From Phycisphaeraceae bacterium (lineage in GTDB: Bacteria > Planctomycetota > Phycisphaerae > Phycisphaerales > UBA1924), in the NCBI GenBank assembly GCA_019636565.1, contig JAHBXG010000004.1:36949-100948 (forward strand): a stretch of DNA of 64,000 nt, in the 5' to 3' direction. Numbering within the stretch: the stretch's first letter is position 1; every line of letters begins with the position of its first letter. Below the pieces are notes generated by a model. That model made no database searches. It was given only the letters and a program-made list of their open reading frames with translations, and had not been told where the DNA came from. Position numbers and translations under genes: made by a program. Below, piece after piece: positions 9,909-19,269 of this stretch.

Positions 9909-10739
9909 CTACGGGCAGATCAATGCGTCGTACGCCGCGGCAAAGATCACGAAGTCCGCATCATCGACGAAGTCGTCTGCATTCAGATCCGCCGGGCACG
10001 AGGGCCCGCATATCAACTCGTCATACGCCGCGGCGAAGATGACAAAGTCGCTGTCGTCCACAAAGCCATCGTTGTTGAGATCGCCGGAACAGAGGGCTTT
10101 GACAGTGAAATTGACCCGGGCGTTGTTGGTAACGACGGCCGCGAAATCGGTGATCGCGTAGTTCGCCGCGTTGGTGGTGCTTGCGCCGGAAGCAACACCG
10201 GTGTACTGAAGCGCCTTGTTGGAATTCGTGGGAAGCGACGTACCGAACGCTGGAGCGGCGTTTCCATCCGCATCGTTCGTCGGGCTGAGCAGATTGCCGC
10301 CAAGGTACGACGCGCCGCCGTATGCCAGCGACCACCAGATGGTCCCCGAGTCGAACTCAAAGGTGATCCGGCCTGCGTTCATGTAAGAAACCGGGATCGG
10401 GTTGGTCATCACAAAGTCCGCCACGGTCGCCGGCGTCGTCTTCGAAAGGAACGAGTTTGTGCAGACGAGAATCGTGTCGCCCGCTGCGGCATTTGGGACA
10501 TCGGTTGTGAAGTCAATGATCGTAATGGGATTCAGGCCGTTCGCGTCGTACGCCTTGATGCGACCGCTGGACACGATGTTCTGTCCGGCGAAACGCTGCC
10601 TCAACTGAATGGCTTGGGCGGTGGTATCACCGTTTACACCACCGATCACCAGTTGGATCTGCATGAGGTGGTGATTCGCGATCGCGGCGCTGCCAATCAG
10701 CATGGCAGCGACGACTCCGGGCAGTTTCTGAACTCTCAT
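9909..10739 (-). CDS. Secreted protein with C-terminal tandem dockerin-like (Cys-flanked, GC-type dockerin-like) repeats
   Basis: I chose the start at ATG 10739 (MRVQKLPGVVAAMLIGSAAIA, signal peptide). The longer track ORF (to 10970) would overlap the next gene. The C-terminus carries two repeats: CSGDLNNDGFVDDSDFVIFAAAYDELIC and CPADLNADDFVDDADFVIFAAAYDALICP. Confidence 0.8.
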   Translation of the reverse strand: MRVQKLPGVVAAMLIGSAAIANHHLMQIQLVIGGVNGDTTAQAIQLRQRFAGQNIVSSGRIKAYDANGLNPITIIDFTTDVPNAAAGDTILVCTNSFLSKTTPATVADFVMTNPIPVSYMNAGRITFEFDSGTIWWSLAYGGASYLGGNLLSPTNDADGNAAPAFGTSLPTNSNKALQYTGVASGASTTNAANYAITDFAAVVTNNARVNFTVKALCSGDLNNDGFVDDSDFVIFAAAYDELICGPSCPADLNADDFVDDADFVIFAAAYDALICP

Positions 10740-10845
10740 GTATCCCCTTCCGTTGATGGGCCAATGCCCGGAGCCGGATGCCCCGGCCGCCCACCCTTCA
10801 CCGGATGTTCGCGGTTTGCATTGGTCTTGCAGGAATCGGACCGAT

Positions 10846-11361
10846 TCAGCCCCGACGGGCTCCGAAGATGGCCCCAGCACCTGCTGCGAGACCGGAAGGC
10901 AGATAACCCATGATGACTGCTCGGTACTTCTCGCCTTCCTGACGGGCAATGCCAACTCCCTGCTCGACATGGCTTTGCGCGCTTGCCCAATCGTAATTCA
11001 GAATCCCGAAGTACTTCAGGGTCATGATGGCCCCGATAAGCAACGCGGCGATCAGCAGGACGCTCCTGATGATCTTCTTCAGAAGGAAGCCGATCAGGAA
11101 CGCGACCACGAAACTCGACCCGTAACGGAATGCCGCGGGTGCAGCGACGGCACCTTGACCTTCACGTGGCGCGGACGGCGAATCGACGAGTGAAGATGCC
11201 GCGCCGGGCGAAGGTGCGTTGGCGCGGCTGTATGCCGCGGAATAGGCCCACCAAGCCGCGCCGGCTGCTGTAATCAGGATCGCCAACCACAGTACTTTGG
11301 AGCGGATCAACCCTTTCGCGGGGTGGGTCTTGCCGGATGCTTGGATGGATTCTTCAGCCAT
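10846..11361 (-). CDS. FUN14-like small membrane protein
   Basis: 171 aa with one N-terminal TM helix (VLWLAILITAAGAAWWAY). It also has a FUN14-like segment (FVVAFLIGFLLKKIIRSVLLIAALLIGAIMTLKYFGILNYDW). Confidence 0.6.
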   Translation of the reverse strand: MAEESIQASGKTHPAKGLIRSKVLWLAILITAAGAAWWAYSAAYSRANAPSPGAASSLVDSPSAPREGQGAVAAPAAFRYGSSFVVAFLIGFLLKKIIRSVLLIAALLIGAIMTLKYFGILNYDWASAQSHVEQGVGIARQEGEKYRAVIMGYLPSGLAAGAGAIFGARRG

Positions 11362-11404
11362 GCGGGAATCATCCTAGCGTTCGGTGTTCGTGGCGGGCAT
11401 TGTT

Positions 11405-12016
11405 ATGACGAAACCGGAACCCTCGGAACAACCATCCAGCAGCGCGTCAGACACGCCCAAATCGGCTCTCGAGGCGCACGTTGCGGAGGTCATGCCCGAG
11501 CTTTACAACCAGTTACGGGAGATCGCAGCCCGCTACATGAACCGCGAGCGCCGGGACCACTCGATGCAGGCAACAGAAGTTGTACACGAGGCCTTTGTGC
11601 GGTTGGCGGGCTGGGAAAAGGCGATCAAGGTCAACGATCGCGAACAGTTTCTGGCCGCCGCGGCCGCGGTCATCCGTCGAGTGCTGGTGGATCACGCTCG
11701 GCGACGGAATGCGATCAAGCGGGGCGGTGGTGAGGTCGGGCGGCTCGGTGATTTCGACGCCGCGGCACCCGACGAGAACGGCCCCTCCACCGTTGCCGAA
11801 CTGCTGGAGATTGACGGCGCAATCGAGCGGTTGCGGCAACTCAACGAGCGATCGGCTCGGATCGTTGAGTTACGATTTTTCGGTGGGTTGACGATCGAAC
11901 AGATTGCACGGGTGCTGAGCATTTCGCCCCGCACGGTGCACGAAGACTGGCGGTTCGCGCGGGCGTGGTTGCGCCACGAACTCGGCGAGGCGCTCGGACA
12001 ACACGATCAGGATTGA
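11405..12016 (+). CDS. ECF-type RNA polymerase sigma factor (TIGR02999-like family)
   Basis: The motifs are MPELYNQLREIAARYMNRERRDHSMQATEVVHEAFVRL, AIKRGGG, VELRFFGGLTIEQIARVLSISPRTVHEDWRFARAWL. ATG 11405 is preferred to GTG 11384. Confidence 0.85.
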   Translation: MTKPEPSEQPSSSASDTPKSALEAHVAEVMPELYNQLREIAARYMNRERRDHSMQATEVVHEAFVRLAGWEKAIKVNDREQFLAAAAAVIRRVLVDHARRRNAIKRGGGEVGRLGDFDAAAPDENGPSTVAELLEIDGAIERLRQLNERSARIVELRFFGGLTIEQIARVLSISPRTVHEDWRFARAWLRHELGEALGQHDQD

Positions 12017-12024
12017 TGTCGGGG

Positions 12025-13296
12025 TTACGGAGTGCCGCGGAATCGGCTCATGAGGCGACGGACGCGATCACCTAGACCGGTCGCGGCATCGACGCGCTTG
12101 CCATCCAGGTATTCGCGGATGTCGTCCGCCATGGCCGCGACGCTCAGGTACCGGCTGGAGCTCGACTTGCACAAGGCCTTCATCGGGATGCTTCCGAGTT
12201 CCCTTCGCAATTCGGCGCGGAGTTCGATGAGGCTGGTCGAACGGCGCTCCGCGGTTTCGAGTGCCCGATCCGCGTGCTCGTCCAGTCGCTTCTCCGGATC
12301 GAGCACCCGCTGTTCCTCGAGGATGCGAGGGCAGTCACCGATTCCGGCCCGCCTCAGCACGGCTCGATCGAAAGGTGCGACGCCGGTGAGGGACTCATAG
12401 AGAAGAGCGCCGAGCGAATAGATATCGGAAGCGGGTTCGGCGGGGCGTGGTGAATCTGTCGCTTGCTCGGGCGCGAGATACTCAATCGCGCCGTGTGCCA
12501 ATCGCATCTCGAGCCAGATCCGTCGGTGTCCGAGAAGATCGAACAGCGCGCGAGTGACGCCGAAATCAAGAAGCGTTGTCGTGGGGACGTCTCCAGCCAT
12601 GCGCACGAGCACGTTTCCGGGCGCGAGCCCCGCGTGGAAGACGCCGCACTGGTGAGCGGCCTGTACTGCTTCACAGGCGTCGAGAAAGAGCAGCAGGCGA
12701 GCGCGGACGCTCGCTCGAACGCGGTCGCAATACTGCAGCATCGGCTCGCCCGGAACGAAATCGGTGGCGACAAACATGCCGCCTTTGGATTGGAGTGCGC
12801 ACTCGAGCAACCGGGGCGAGGGGTGTTGCCGGAGCGAAGACAACGCGCGGTGGTCGACCTGAATTCTGGATTTGGCGGCGTCCGCATCCGAGGGGGAAAA
12901 CTGAAATGCCGGATGAACTACTTTGACTGTCGCCCGCCGCGTCTTGGCATCCGGATTCTGAGCGAGGCTCGTGACGCCGCTGCCACCTTCTCCCAAGACC
13001 TGGAGAAGCCGGAACCGGCCCACCCGCTCGCGCGGCAGGGGGATGCGGGGGCTTTCCGAGGGCTCGTCCACCGCACGGATCACGGGCTTATCGAGCACCG
13101 ACGTGTCGGATTCGTCGTGTTTGAGAAGTTCGGAGACTTGTTTTTGCAGAGCGGGATCGCCGCCGCAACGCTGCGTGAGAAATGCCTGGCGCGCCGGGCC
13201 GCGGAACCGCTGCGCGTCGAGGAATATCTCACGGACGAGCTTGAATCGCTCGGAGTCCAAGGTGGTCTTTGGGATGGCAAGGTCACTTGGCGGCAT
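12025..13296 (-). CDS. Ser/Thr protein kinase-like protein, predicted pseudokinase (HRD catalytic motif replaced)
   Basis: The start is set at ATG 13296 (MPPSDLAIPKTTLDSERFKLVREIFLDAQ...). The 190 codons upstream in the track ORF are Arg/Ser/Pro-rich junk. The kinase fold is recognisable: LGEGGSGV, ATVKVV, DFG, YLAPE, DIYSLG. The catalytic loop reads HAGLAPGN instead of HRDLKPxN. Confidence 0.8.
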   Translation of the reverse strand: MPPSDLAIPKTTLDSERFKLVREIFLDAQRFRGPARQAFLTQRCGGDPALQKQVSELLKHDESDTSVLDKPVIRAVDEPSESPRIPLPRERVGRFRLLQVLGEGGSGVTSLAQNPDAKTRRATVKVVHPAFQFSPSDADAAKSRIQVDHRALSSLRQHPSPRLLECALQSKGGMFVATDFVPGEPMLQYCDRVRASVRARLLLFLDACEAVQAAHQCGVFHAGLAPGNVLVRMAGDVPTTTLLDFGVTRALFDLLGHRRIWLEMRLAHGAIEYLAPEQATDSPRPAEPASDIYSLGALLYESLTGVAPFDRAVLRRAGIGDCPRILEEQRVLDPEKRLDEHADRALETAERRSTSLIELRAELRRELGSIPMKALCKSSSSRYLSVAAMADDIREYLDGKRVDAATGLGDRVRRLMSRFRGTP

Positions 13297-13768
13297 AGGA
13301 AACGGAGAACCCGCTTTCCCGAACAAGCGAAATCGGCCGGAACCGGCTGCAAGCATCATCAAAAAGCACGCCGTCCCATGGACGGGCGGTCGCCACGACC
13401 CCCAAGCCTCGATTATCGGTTCGAGCATTTCGCAGTGTTCAGTTCCACTATTCGAAATCTGTTCGGTGCCGGTAATTTTCTGGAAAATACTCCGCAGGGC
13501 GCGCTCACCAAATCCGCTGTCACTGGGGAGGGGAGTGGGACGTCTTGGATAGAGAGGTTTGGAATTGTGCCGGTGGCAGGTAGAGGCAGGTTGGGATGGG
13601 TCGGAGTGAGGGGGAAAAGGTAACTCGGCAGGTAGGGGTTCGGCAAGGGTCAGTGGCCCGCACCGAGTCGAGAGGAAATGGTCGTGCGTGCCCGAGGGGA
13701 AAGGGCATGTACGAAAAATGCCGTGGACGCCGGCTCTCGTGGGTCGGCGTCCACGGTCTGTTTTTGGA

Positions 13769-15013
13769 CTACTTGTAATCGACGTAGCGCTTGAACGCGA
13801 GCCAGTGCTTCTCGTACAGGTTCCACGAGAGCCATGCCGCGATGTACGTGATCGCGATGCAGACAACAGTAAAGGCGATCTGTGCGGGGAGCTCGGTGCC
13901 GTAGAGCAGGGGCAGTTGCTTTCCCGTCAGCGGCGGCGGCTTGTTCGCGAGCACGCTGTCACGGACGAGTGCGCGCAGTGGAAGGTGAAACAGGTACATC
14001 GCGTAGGAATACTTTCCGAAGGAGCGGAGCAGAGGCGACTCGAAGATCCGCACGAGGCGCGATCGATACGCATCCGGGGCGGTCAACTCCCGCTGCGACG
14101 CTGCGACGGCGCGAACGAGGATCGCGCCGAAGAAGACTGCGATCACTGTGAGGCCCACCGTTTGGATCTCGGGCAAATTGGCGCTGAAGAGACCTTCCTC
14201 GCCCTTGCGGCCGGATTTCGTGACATAGCGGAACACGAAGTCCCCGAGCAACGCGAGACCAAATACGGGAATGACGACCCTTGCTACGGCAGCGAGGCGA
14301 TCGAGGCCACCTTCGTGGCGAACAGCGAGAGCGATAAAGGCCCCTACTGCCAGAGCATCAAGCCTGCTCGGGGTAAGCACGTGAAGAGCAACCGGATTCA
14401 CTCCGGTGTAGAGCAGCCAACACCGGAACGCGAGCGAGAAGCCGATCGCGCCGACGCAGATGCGAAGCAGAGACTTGCGCGAGAAGAGGAACACGATGGC
14501 GGGCCACACGAGGTAGAACTGTTCTTCGATCGCGAGCGACCAGGAGATATCAAGGATTCCGTGGCGGAACTTGCCGGCCTGCGCGATGGCGAAATTGGAG
14601 AGGTACGTCCAGTACATCCACTCATCGCCCTCGATGGTTCCGAAGCGGGTCAGTTTGCCTTGGGCTTTTTCGGGAAGATGGGCCGCGACTGCCGGGAGCA
14701 CAATGAGCGATACAAAGACGACGGCGTAGTAGAGCGGGAAAATCCTGAGCGCACGCCGGGCGTAGAAGGTCTTGAAATACGCGTTGTTGGCTTTGGTGTC
14801 GTAGAGAATGCCGGTGATCAGGAAGCCGGAAAGGACAAAGAAGAGATCCACGCCGCACCAGCCCCCCGAGAGGACGGAGCGCGCGAACGAATCGACGCCG
14901 CCACGATCGCTCAAGAGCGACATGTGAAAGACCATGACGAGCAGGATGGCGAGTCCACGGATGCCGTCGAGCAGGGGTAGATGCGACCGGAAGATGGGGA
15001 TTGCGGAAGGCAC
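13769..15013 (-). CDS. Acyltransferase family 3 (OafA/YrhL-like) membrane protein
   Basis: 414 aa with a GTG start. The N-terminal motif LLDGIRGLAILLVMVFHM and about 10 TM helices are typical of acyltransferase_3. Confidence 0.85.
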   Translation of the reverse strand: MPSAIPIFRSHLPLLDGIRGLAILLVMVFHMSLLSDRGGVDSFARSVLSGGWCGVDLFFVLSGFLITGILYDTKANNAYFKTFYARRALRIFPLYYAVVFVSLIVLPAVAAHLPEKAQGKLTRFGTIEGDEWMYWTYLSNFAIAQAGKFRHGILDISWSLAIEEQFYLVWPAIVFLFSRKSLLRICVGAIGFSLAFRCWLLYTGVNPVALHVLTPSRLDALAVGAFIALAVRHEGGLDRLAAVARVVIPVFGLALLGDFVFRYVTKSGRKGEEGLFSANLPEIQTVGLTVIAVFFGAILVRAVAASQRELTAPDAYRSRLVRIFESPLLRSFGKYSYAMYLFHLPLRALVRDSVLANKPPPLTGKQLPLLYGTELPAQIAFTVVCIAITYIAAWLSWNLYEKHWLAFKRYVDYK

Positions 15014-15071
15014 GCTGGAGGAGTCGAGCAGGAAGAGGACATTGATGCAGGAGGCATCAAGAAGCGGGCAC

Positions 15072-16469
15072 TCACGCGAGTGTGAGCACGTCTCCTCTCA
15101 TCGGCAGTTCCGCCTTGAGCCCATAGCGTTCCTGCAATCCTTGCGCCAGCGACGCACGGGGCCCGTCGTCTGCGTGGGTGAGGACGACCCGGGGCTTGCC
15201 GGTGGCCAGTTTCGACATCCATTCGATCAGCTCTGTGCGACCGGCGTGGGCGGAGAATCCGTCGATCTTGTGGACATCGGCGCGAACGATAATGGGATCG
15301 TTGAAGATGTAGACTTGCTTGGCACCCTCGGCGAGGCGGCGGCCCATAGTTCCCTGGGCCATGTAGCCGACGAGTATGAGGGCCGTGCCGCGGCGCCAGA
15401 TGTTGTGACGGATGTGGTGGACGATGCGGCCGCCCTCGCACATGCCGGAACCGGCGATGACGACGCAGGGATCCCACGATTGATTGAGCGCTCGGGACTC
15501 GGTCGGAGATTCGATGATGCGGAAGGCCTTGAGATCTTGCTCAAAGTTTCCGGAGCGGGCCAGTTTGCTCGCCTCGGCGTCGTACAACTCGCCGTGCTTG
15601 CGATACACCATTGTGGCACGCATGGCAGCGGGGCTGTCGAGGTAGATCGGTATGTCGGCCTGGAGTTTGCCTTCGCGAACAGCTTGACCGAGGTAATAGA
15701 GCAGCAGTTGCGTCCGCCCGATCGCAAACGCGGGGATGAGCACGCGTTGCTTGTTGAAAATCGTCTCGCGGATGATCTTGATGAACTGGTCGATCGATGG
15801 CTGCATCGGCGGATGCTCGCGATCGCCGTAGGTGGATTCGAGAAAGACCAGATCGGCTTTTTCGGGCGGATCGGGATCGCGCAAGATCGGGACGTGATGT
15901 GGTCCGATGTCGCCTGAAAAGGCGATCACTTTGGTGACACCACCGTCGGTAACGGTCATTTCTATGGACGTCGCTCCGAGAATGTGACCGGCCTCGCGGT
16001 AGAGGATTGAGATGCCCTCCGCGACCTGTACCGGCTTGTAGTACGGGCAGTCTTTGGTGCGTGCCTTGATGCAATCGGCGTCGGCGCGCGTGAAGAGAGG
16101 CTGGATGGGTTCGAGACCGGCGCGTTCGCGGCGACGATTCTCCGACGCGGCATCCTGCTCCTGAATGCCCGCGGCATCGGCGAGCACGGCGTCGGTGAGA
16201 TCGCTCGAGGCGGAAGTCGCAAAGATGTCGCCCCCGTAGCCGTTCTTGCAGAGGATTGGCAGCCGGCCGGAGTGATCGAGATGGGCGTGGGTAAGCACGA
16301 CGGCGCTGAGCGTGCTGATGTCCGGCGGCATCACGAGGTTTGCGCCGCCCCGCGCATCGGGACCCTGGAACTGGCCGAAGTCGACCATGACGCGGGACTT
16401 GGAGGTCTCCACGATGTAACAGGAGCCGGTCACGCCTCCGGCGGCACCGAGAACACGGATTCGGATCAT
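15072..16469 (-). CDS. MBL-fold beta-CASP family hydrolase (RNA/DNA-metabolising metallo-beta-lactamase)
   Basis: ATG 16469 (MIRIRVLGAAGGVTGSCYIVE) is preceded by AGGAG. The HAHLDHSGRLP motif is present. The beta-CASP-like middle region and the C-terminal FSAHAGRTEL motif are also present. Confidence 0.85.
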   Translation of the reverse strand: MIRIRVLGAAGGVTGSCYIVETSKSRVMVDFGQFQGPDARGGANLVMPPDISTLSAVVLTHAHLDHSGRLPILCKNGYGGDIFATSASSDLTDAVLADAAGIQEQDAASENRRRERAGLEPIQPLFTRADADCIKARTKDCPYYKPVQVAEGISILYREAGHILGATSIEMTVTDGGVTKVIAFSGDIGPHHVPILRDPDPPEKADLVFLESTYGDREHPPMQPSIDQFIKIIRETIFNKQRVLIPAFAIGRTQLLLYYLGQAVREGKLQADIPIYLDSPAAMRATMVYRKHGELYDAEASKLARSGNFEQDLKAFRIIESPTESRALNQSWDPCVVIAGSGMCEGGRIVHHIRHNIWRRGTALILVGYMAQGTMGRRLAEGAKQVYIFNDPIIVRADVHKIDGFSAHAGRTELIEWMSKLATGKPRVVLTHADDGPRASLAQGLQERYGLKAELPMRGDVLTLA

Positions 16470-16612
16470 GGGGGCTCCTGTGGAAGTGAATGCGTGAAAG
16501 TGATCGAGCGAAGAAGGCGAGTAGTGAATCGGACAGTGCGGGCTGCTGCAGAATAGGAAAGAAAGGGCACTCTCTTCCCCCACTACCTTCCGTCAGTGAA
16601 GGGGCATCAGAG

Positions 16613-19033
16613 TTACCACGCTGGTTTCAGAATGTCGCCGTCTTTGGTGTGTGGGGCCCAGGCGAGGACAACGGCTTTGACGGTGATGTTGGTTTTCCTG
16701 GGCTTCAGCGTGATTCGCTCGAGAGGGATGGTGGTCGGATCGACTTTGGCGGCCGCGGCATCGAGTTCGGTTTGCATGGACGCTTCGAGCGCCCGAATCT
16801 GCTCGTCTACGGCGGCGACATCCTCTTCGGCGCGGCCCACGTCGGAAGATTCCTTCATGGTGCGAGAAACGCCTCTTGCAGCGGTGCTTGCCTTGCTGAT
16901 ATTGCCAGCGCTGATGGTCTTGCGACCGAGAAGCGCGCCGAGAATCGCCGAGCCGACGGATATGGCGGTGTTCCACTTTGCTCCGGAGGCCTGTTCTTTC
17001 TGGACTGCGACCTTGGCTTCGGCACGTCGGCGGCGATCCTGAAGCGCGGCGGACTTTGATGCGTATTTGGCGCGAATCTTGTCGAGTGCGGCATCACGAG
17101 TTTCGCGCGATGATTGATCGAGCCGGAGACGGAAGTCCTTTTCGGATTCCCCGGGTTTGGAATGTTGATCGAGTTCTTTACAAGTGAAGATGCTGATCGA
17201 TTCGGCGCGGAAAAGGGCGTCGGCGAGGGATTTCTTCCACGCGTCGTAGTTCTTGGGGTTGGAAGCGTCGGGGGGAGGCGGGACGAACGATGATTGTGCA
17301 CCGGGCTCGCGTTCGAGATCGGCTTCCGAGTGTTCCGCCGATTCGGCACGGTCCCAGTCGATCGCCACAGGGCCTTGCGTGAACGTCGCGAGCAGAGAAG
17401 CGGAGACTTCCTGATCGACGTTGGTTTTGGTGTCGCTGTAGTAGATGCGAGAAAGGCCGAGCAACATCGGGACGTAGGTCACTGGACCTGAGGCGCGAGA
17501 AGGCAAGAAATACTGCGGGACCTCTGAAGGGAGAACGGGGCGTGAGGGTGAGCCGGACAGGAGGAACGCTGCCGCGGATTTGTCGGGGGCCGCGGGAGCT
17601 GCCGGTGCGGAGGAGCGCTTTGAGTCCGTCAGCACTTTGATCTGCGCCCGGGTGAGCGGGCCTCGGAGATAGGAGAGGCACCAGCGAGTTTCAAAGACGA
17701 CAGGGTGGTCCTCGTGGACGTTGTTCATGAGAAAGACGCGGGTTCCGAGTTGGGAGAGGAGGCGGTCCATCGAGGCGCGGTCGAATTTGGAGGAGGCTTG
17801 CGCCGAGGCGCCTTCGAGGCCGTCGAGCACACGCTGCTTGTCGCGATCGGTTTGAAGGCGACCGATGAACCACGTACCGGCGTTTGCGAGCCCCTTGTAA
17901 TCGAGATCGACAGGGTTCTGAGTGGCGAGCACGACGCCGACCCCGAAAGCACGAGCCTGCTTCATAAGCGTGAGGAGCGGCTGCTTGCTGGGCGGGTTCG
18001 CCGTGGGCGGGAAATAGCCCGCGATTTCATCCATGTAAAGGATCGCGCGCAGGCTCGAAGTGCCGGATTGAGTTCGGACCCAGCCGAGGACCTGATTGAG
18101 GAGCAGCGAGACGAAGAACATCCGCTCGGGGTCGGAGAGGTGTGCAATCGAGAAGATAATGCAACGGGGCTTGGCGGATGGGGAATGGATCATCGCGCCG
18201 ATATCGAGGGGTTCGCCTTCCATCCAACGCGAAAAGCCGGGCGAGGCGAGGAGCGAATTGATCTGCATTGCGAGCGCAAAGCGATCTTTACTCGGGTAGA
18301 ACGTCTCGATGTCCATTACCCCCACCCTTTGGATCGGAGGAGATTGAACCTGTGCGATCAGGTCGGGGAGATCGACGTCTTTGCCTGCACTCCAGGCCTG
18401 GGAGAGGAGCGTCGAGAGCAGGATGTGCTCGCGGCTCTTGAGCGGATCGGCCTGCATTCCGAGCAGGCCGAGCAGGCTTGTAACGGTGGTGTTGACCCGG
18501 TCGCGGAAGAGTTCGGAGTCTTCGATGACTTCCGAAGGCGGCGCAGCGAATGACTTCACAATTGAAACGGGCAGCCCGGCACTACTTGCTGGCGTGTAGA
18601 TCGCGAAGTCCGCGGCTTCTTTCAGTCTATGAATGCGAGCGCCGTCCTGGCCCCACTCCTGCAGGCCCTTGCTCCAGAGCGAGGCCTGCTGTGCCGCGAA
18701 CTCGTCGGGGGTCACGCCCTTCTTCAGGGCGTCCTCTTCGTTGATCCAGGGGCGGAAGTCTTGGGGTTTCAGATTTGGAAAGGTGAGCAGGAGGTTTGAG
18801 AGATCGCCTTTAGGATCGATGATGATTGAGGGGATTCCATCGATGGCGGCTTCTTCAAGCAGGGCCAGACAAAGCCCCGTCTTGCCCGATCCGGTCATGC
18901 CGACGCAGACAGCGTGCGTACAGAGGTCCTTGGCGTCGTAGAGAATGGGCACCTCGGAACGCTGCCGGGATGAGAGGTCGTATTCCTTGCCCAGGTAGAA
19001 AACGCCGAGCTTTTCAAAGTCCGCGGTCGCCAT
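16613..19033 (-). CDS. HerA/FtsK-like P-loop ATPase (DUF87-type), large form with C-terminal coiled-coil/Gly-rich segment
   Basis: The start is ATG 19033 (MATADFEKLGVFYLGKEYD). Walker A is VCVGMTGSGKTG and the Walker B-like segment is ILYMDEIAGYF, followed by VVLATQNPVDLDYK. The C-terminal part has a basic coiled-coil stretch and AISVGSAILGALLGRK. Confidence 0.8.
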   Translation of the reverse strand: MATADFEKLGVFYLGKEYDLSSRQRSEVPILYDAKDLCTHAVCVGMTGSGKTGLCLALLEEAAIDGIPSIIIDPKGDLSNLLLTFPNLKPQDFRPWINEEDALKKGVTPDEFAAQQASLWSKGLQEWGQDGARIHRLKEAADFAIYTPASSAGLPVSIVKSFAAPPSEVIEDSELFRDRVNTTVTSLLGLLGMQADPLKSREHILLSTLLSQAWSAGKDVDLPDLIAQVQSPPIQRVGVMDIETFYPSKDRFALAMQINSLLASPGFSRWMEGEPLDIGAMIHSPSAKPRCIIFSIAHLSDPERMFFVSLLLNQVLGWVRTQSGTSSLRAILYMDEIAGYFPPTANPPSKQPLLTLMKQARAFGVGVVLATQNPVDLDYKGLANAGTWFIGRLQTDRDKQRVLDGLEGASAQASSKFDRASMDRLLSQLGTRVFLMNNVHEDHPVVFETRWCLSYLRGPLTRAQIKVLTDSKRSSAPAAPAAPDKSAAAFLLSGSPSRPVLPSEVPQYFLPSRASGPVTYVPMLLGLSRIYYSDTKTNVDQEVSASLLATFTQGPVAIDWDRAESAEHSEADLEREPGAQSSFVPPPPDASNPKNYDAWKKSLADALFRAESISIFTCKELDQHSKPGESEKDFRLRLDQSSRETRDAALDKIRAKYASKSAALQDRRRRAEAKVAVQKEQASGAKWNTAISVGSAILGALLGRKTISAGNISKASTAARGVSRTMKESSDVGRAEEDVAAVDEQIRALEASMQTELDAAAAKVDPTTIPLERITLKPRKTNITVKAVVLAWAPHTKDGDILKPAW

Positions 19034-19269
19034 GTATGTGACTCCCTCGGCGGGAATGTAGCCGATTGCTCGGAGAGGCCGGGTCGACACCCAACGCCAA
19101 AGGCGGCGGACGGCTCAATAGGTTGCGGCTTTGGGGGGACCCGCGGCTCTTGCCGGCCTTTGGAAAGTGTTTTGCGGGTTGAGTGGGTCAGAAGCGTGTC
19201 ACGGGTCTGGTGTGATATCGCACCGGCCGTTGCGCGGAAAATCGGGTCTGACAGGCGCATACTGGGGGT

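Noticed and set aside
12025-13866. Full 613-aa version of the kinase-like ORF
   Set aside because: The first 190 codons are Ser/Arg/Pro/Thr junk (MSASRSRTSRHGSRGTCTRS...). They overlap the 3' end of the acyltransferase gene. ATG 13296 begins the conserved N-terminal region.
13688-15917. ORFs 13688..14980(+) and 14934..15917(+)
   Set aside because: They are Arg/Glu/Asp-rich antisense shadows of the acyltransferase_3 and beta-CASP genes.
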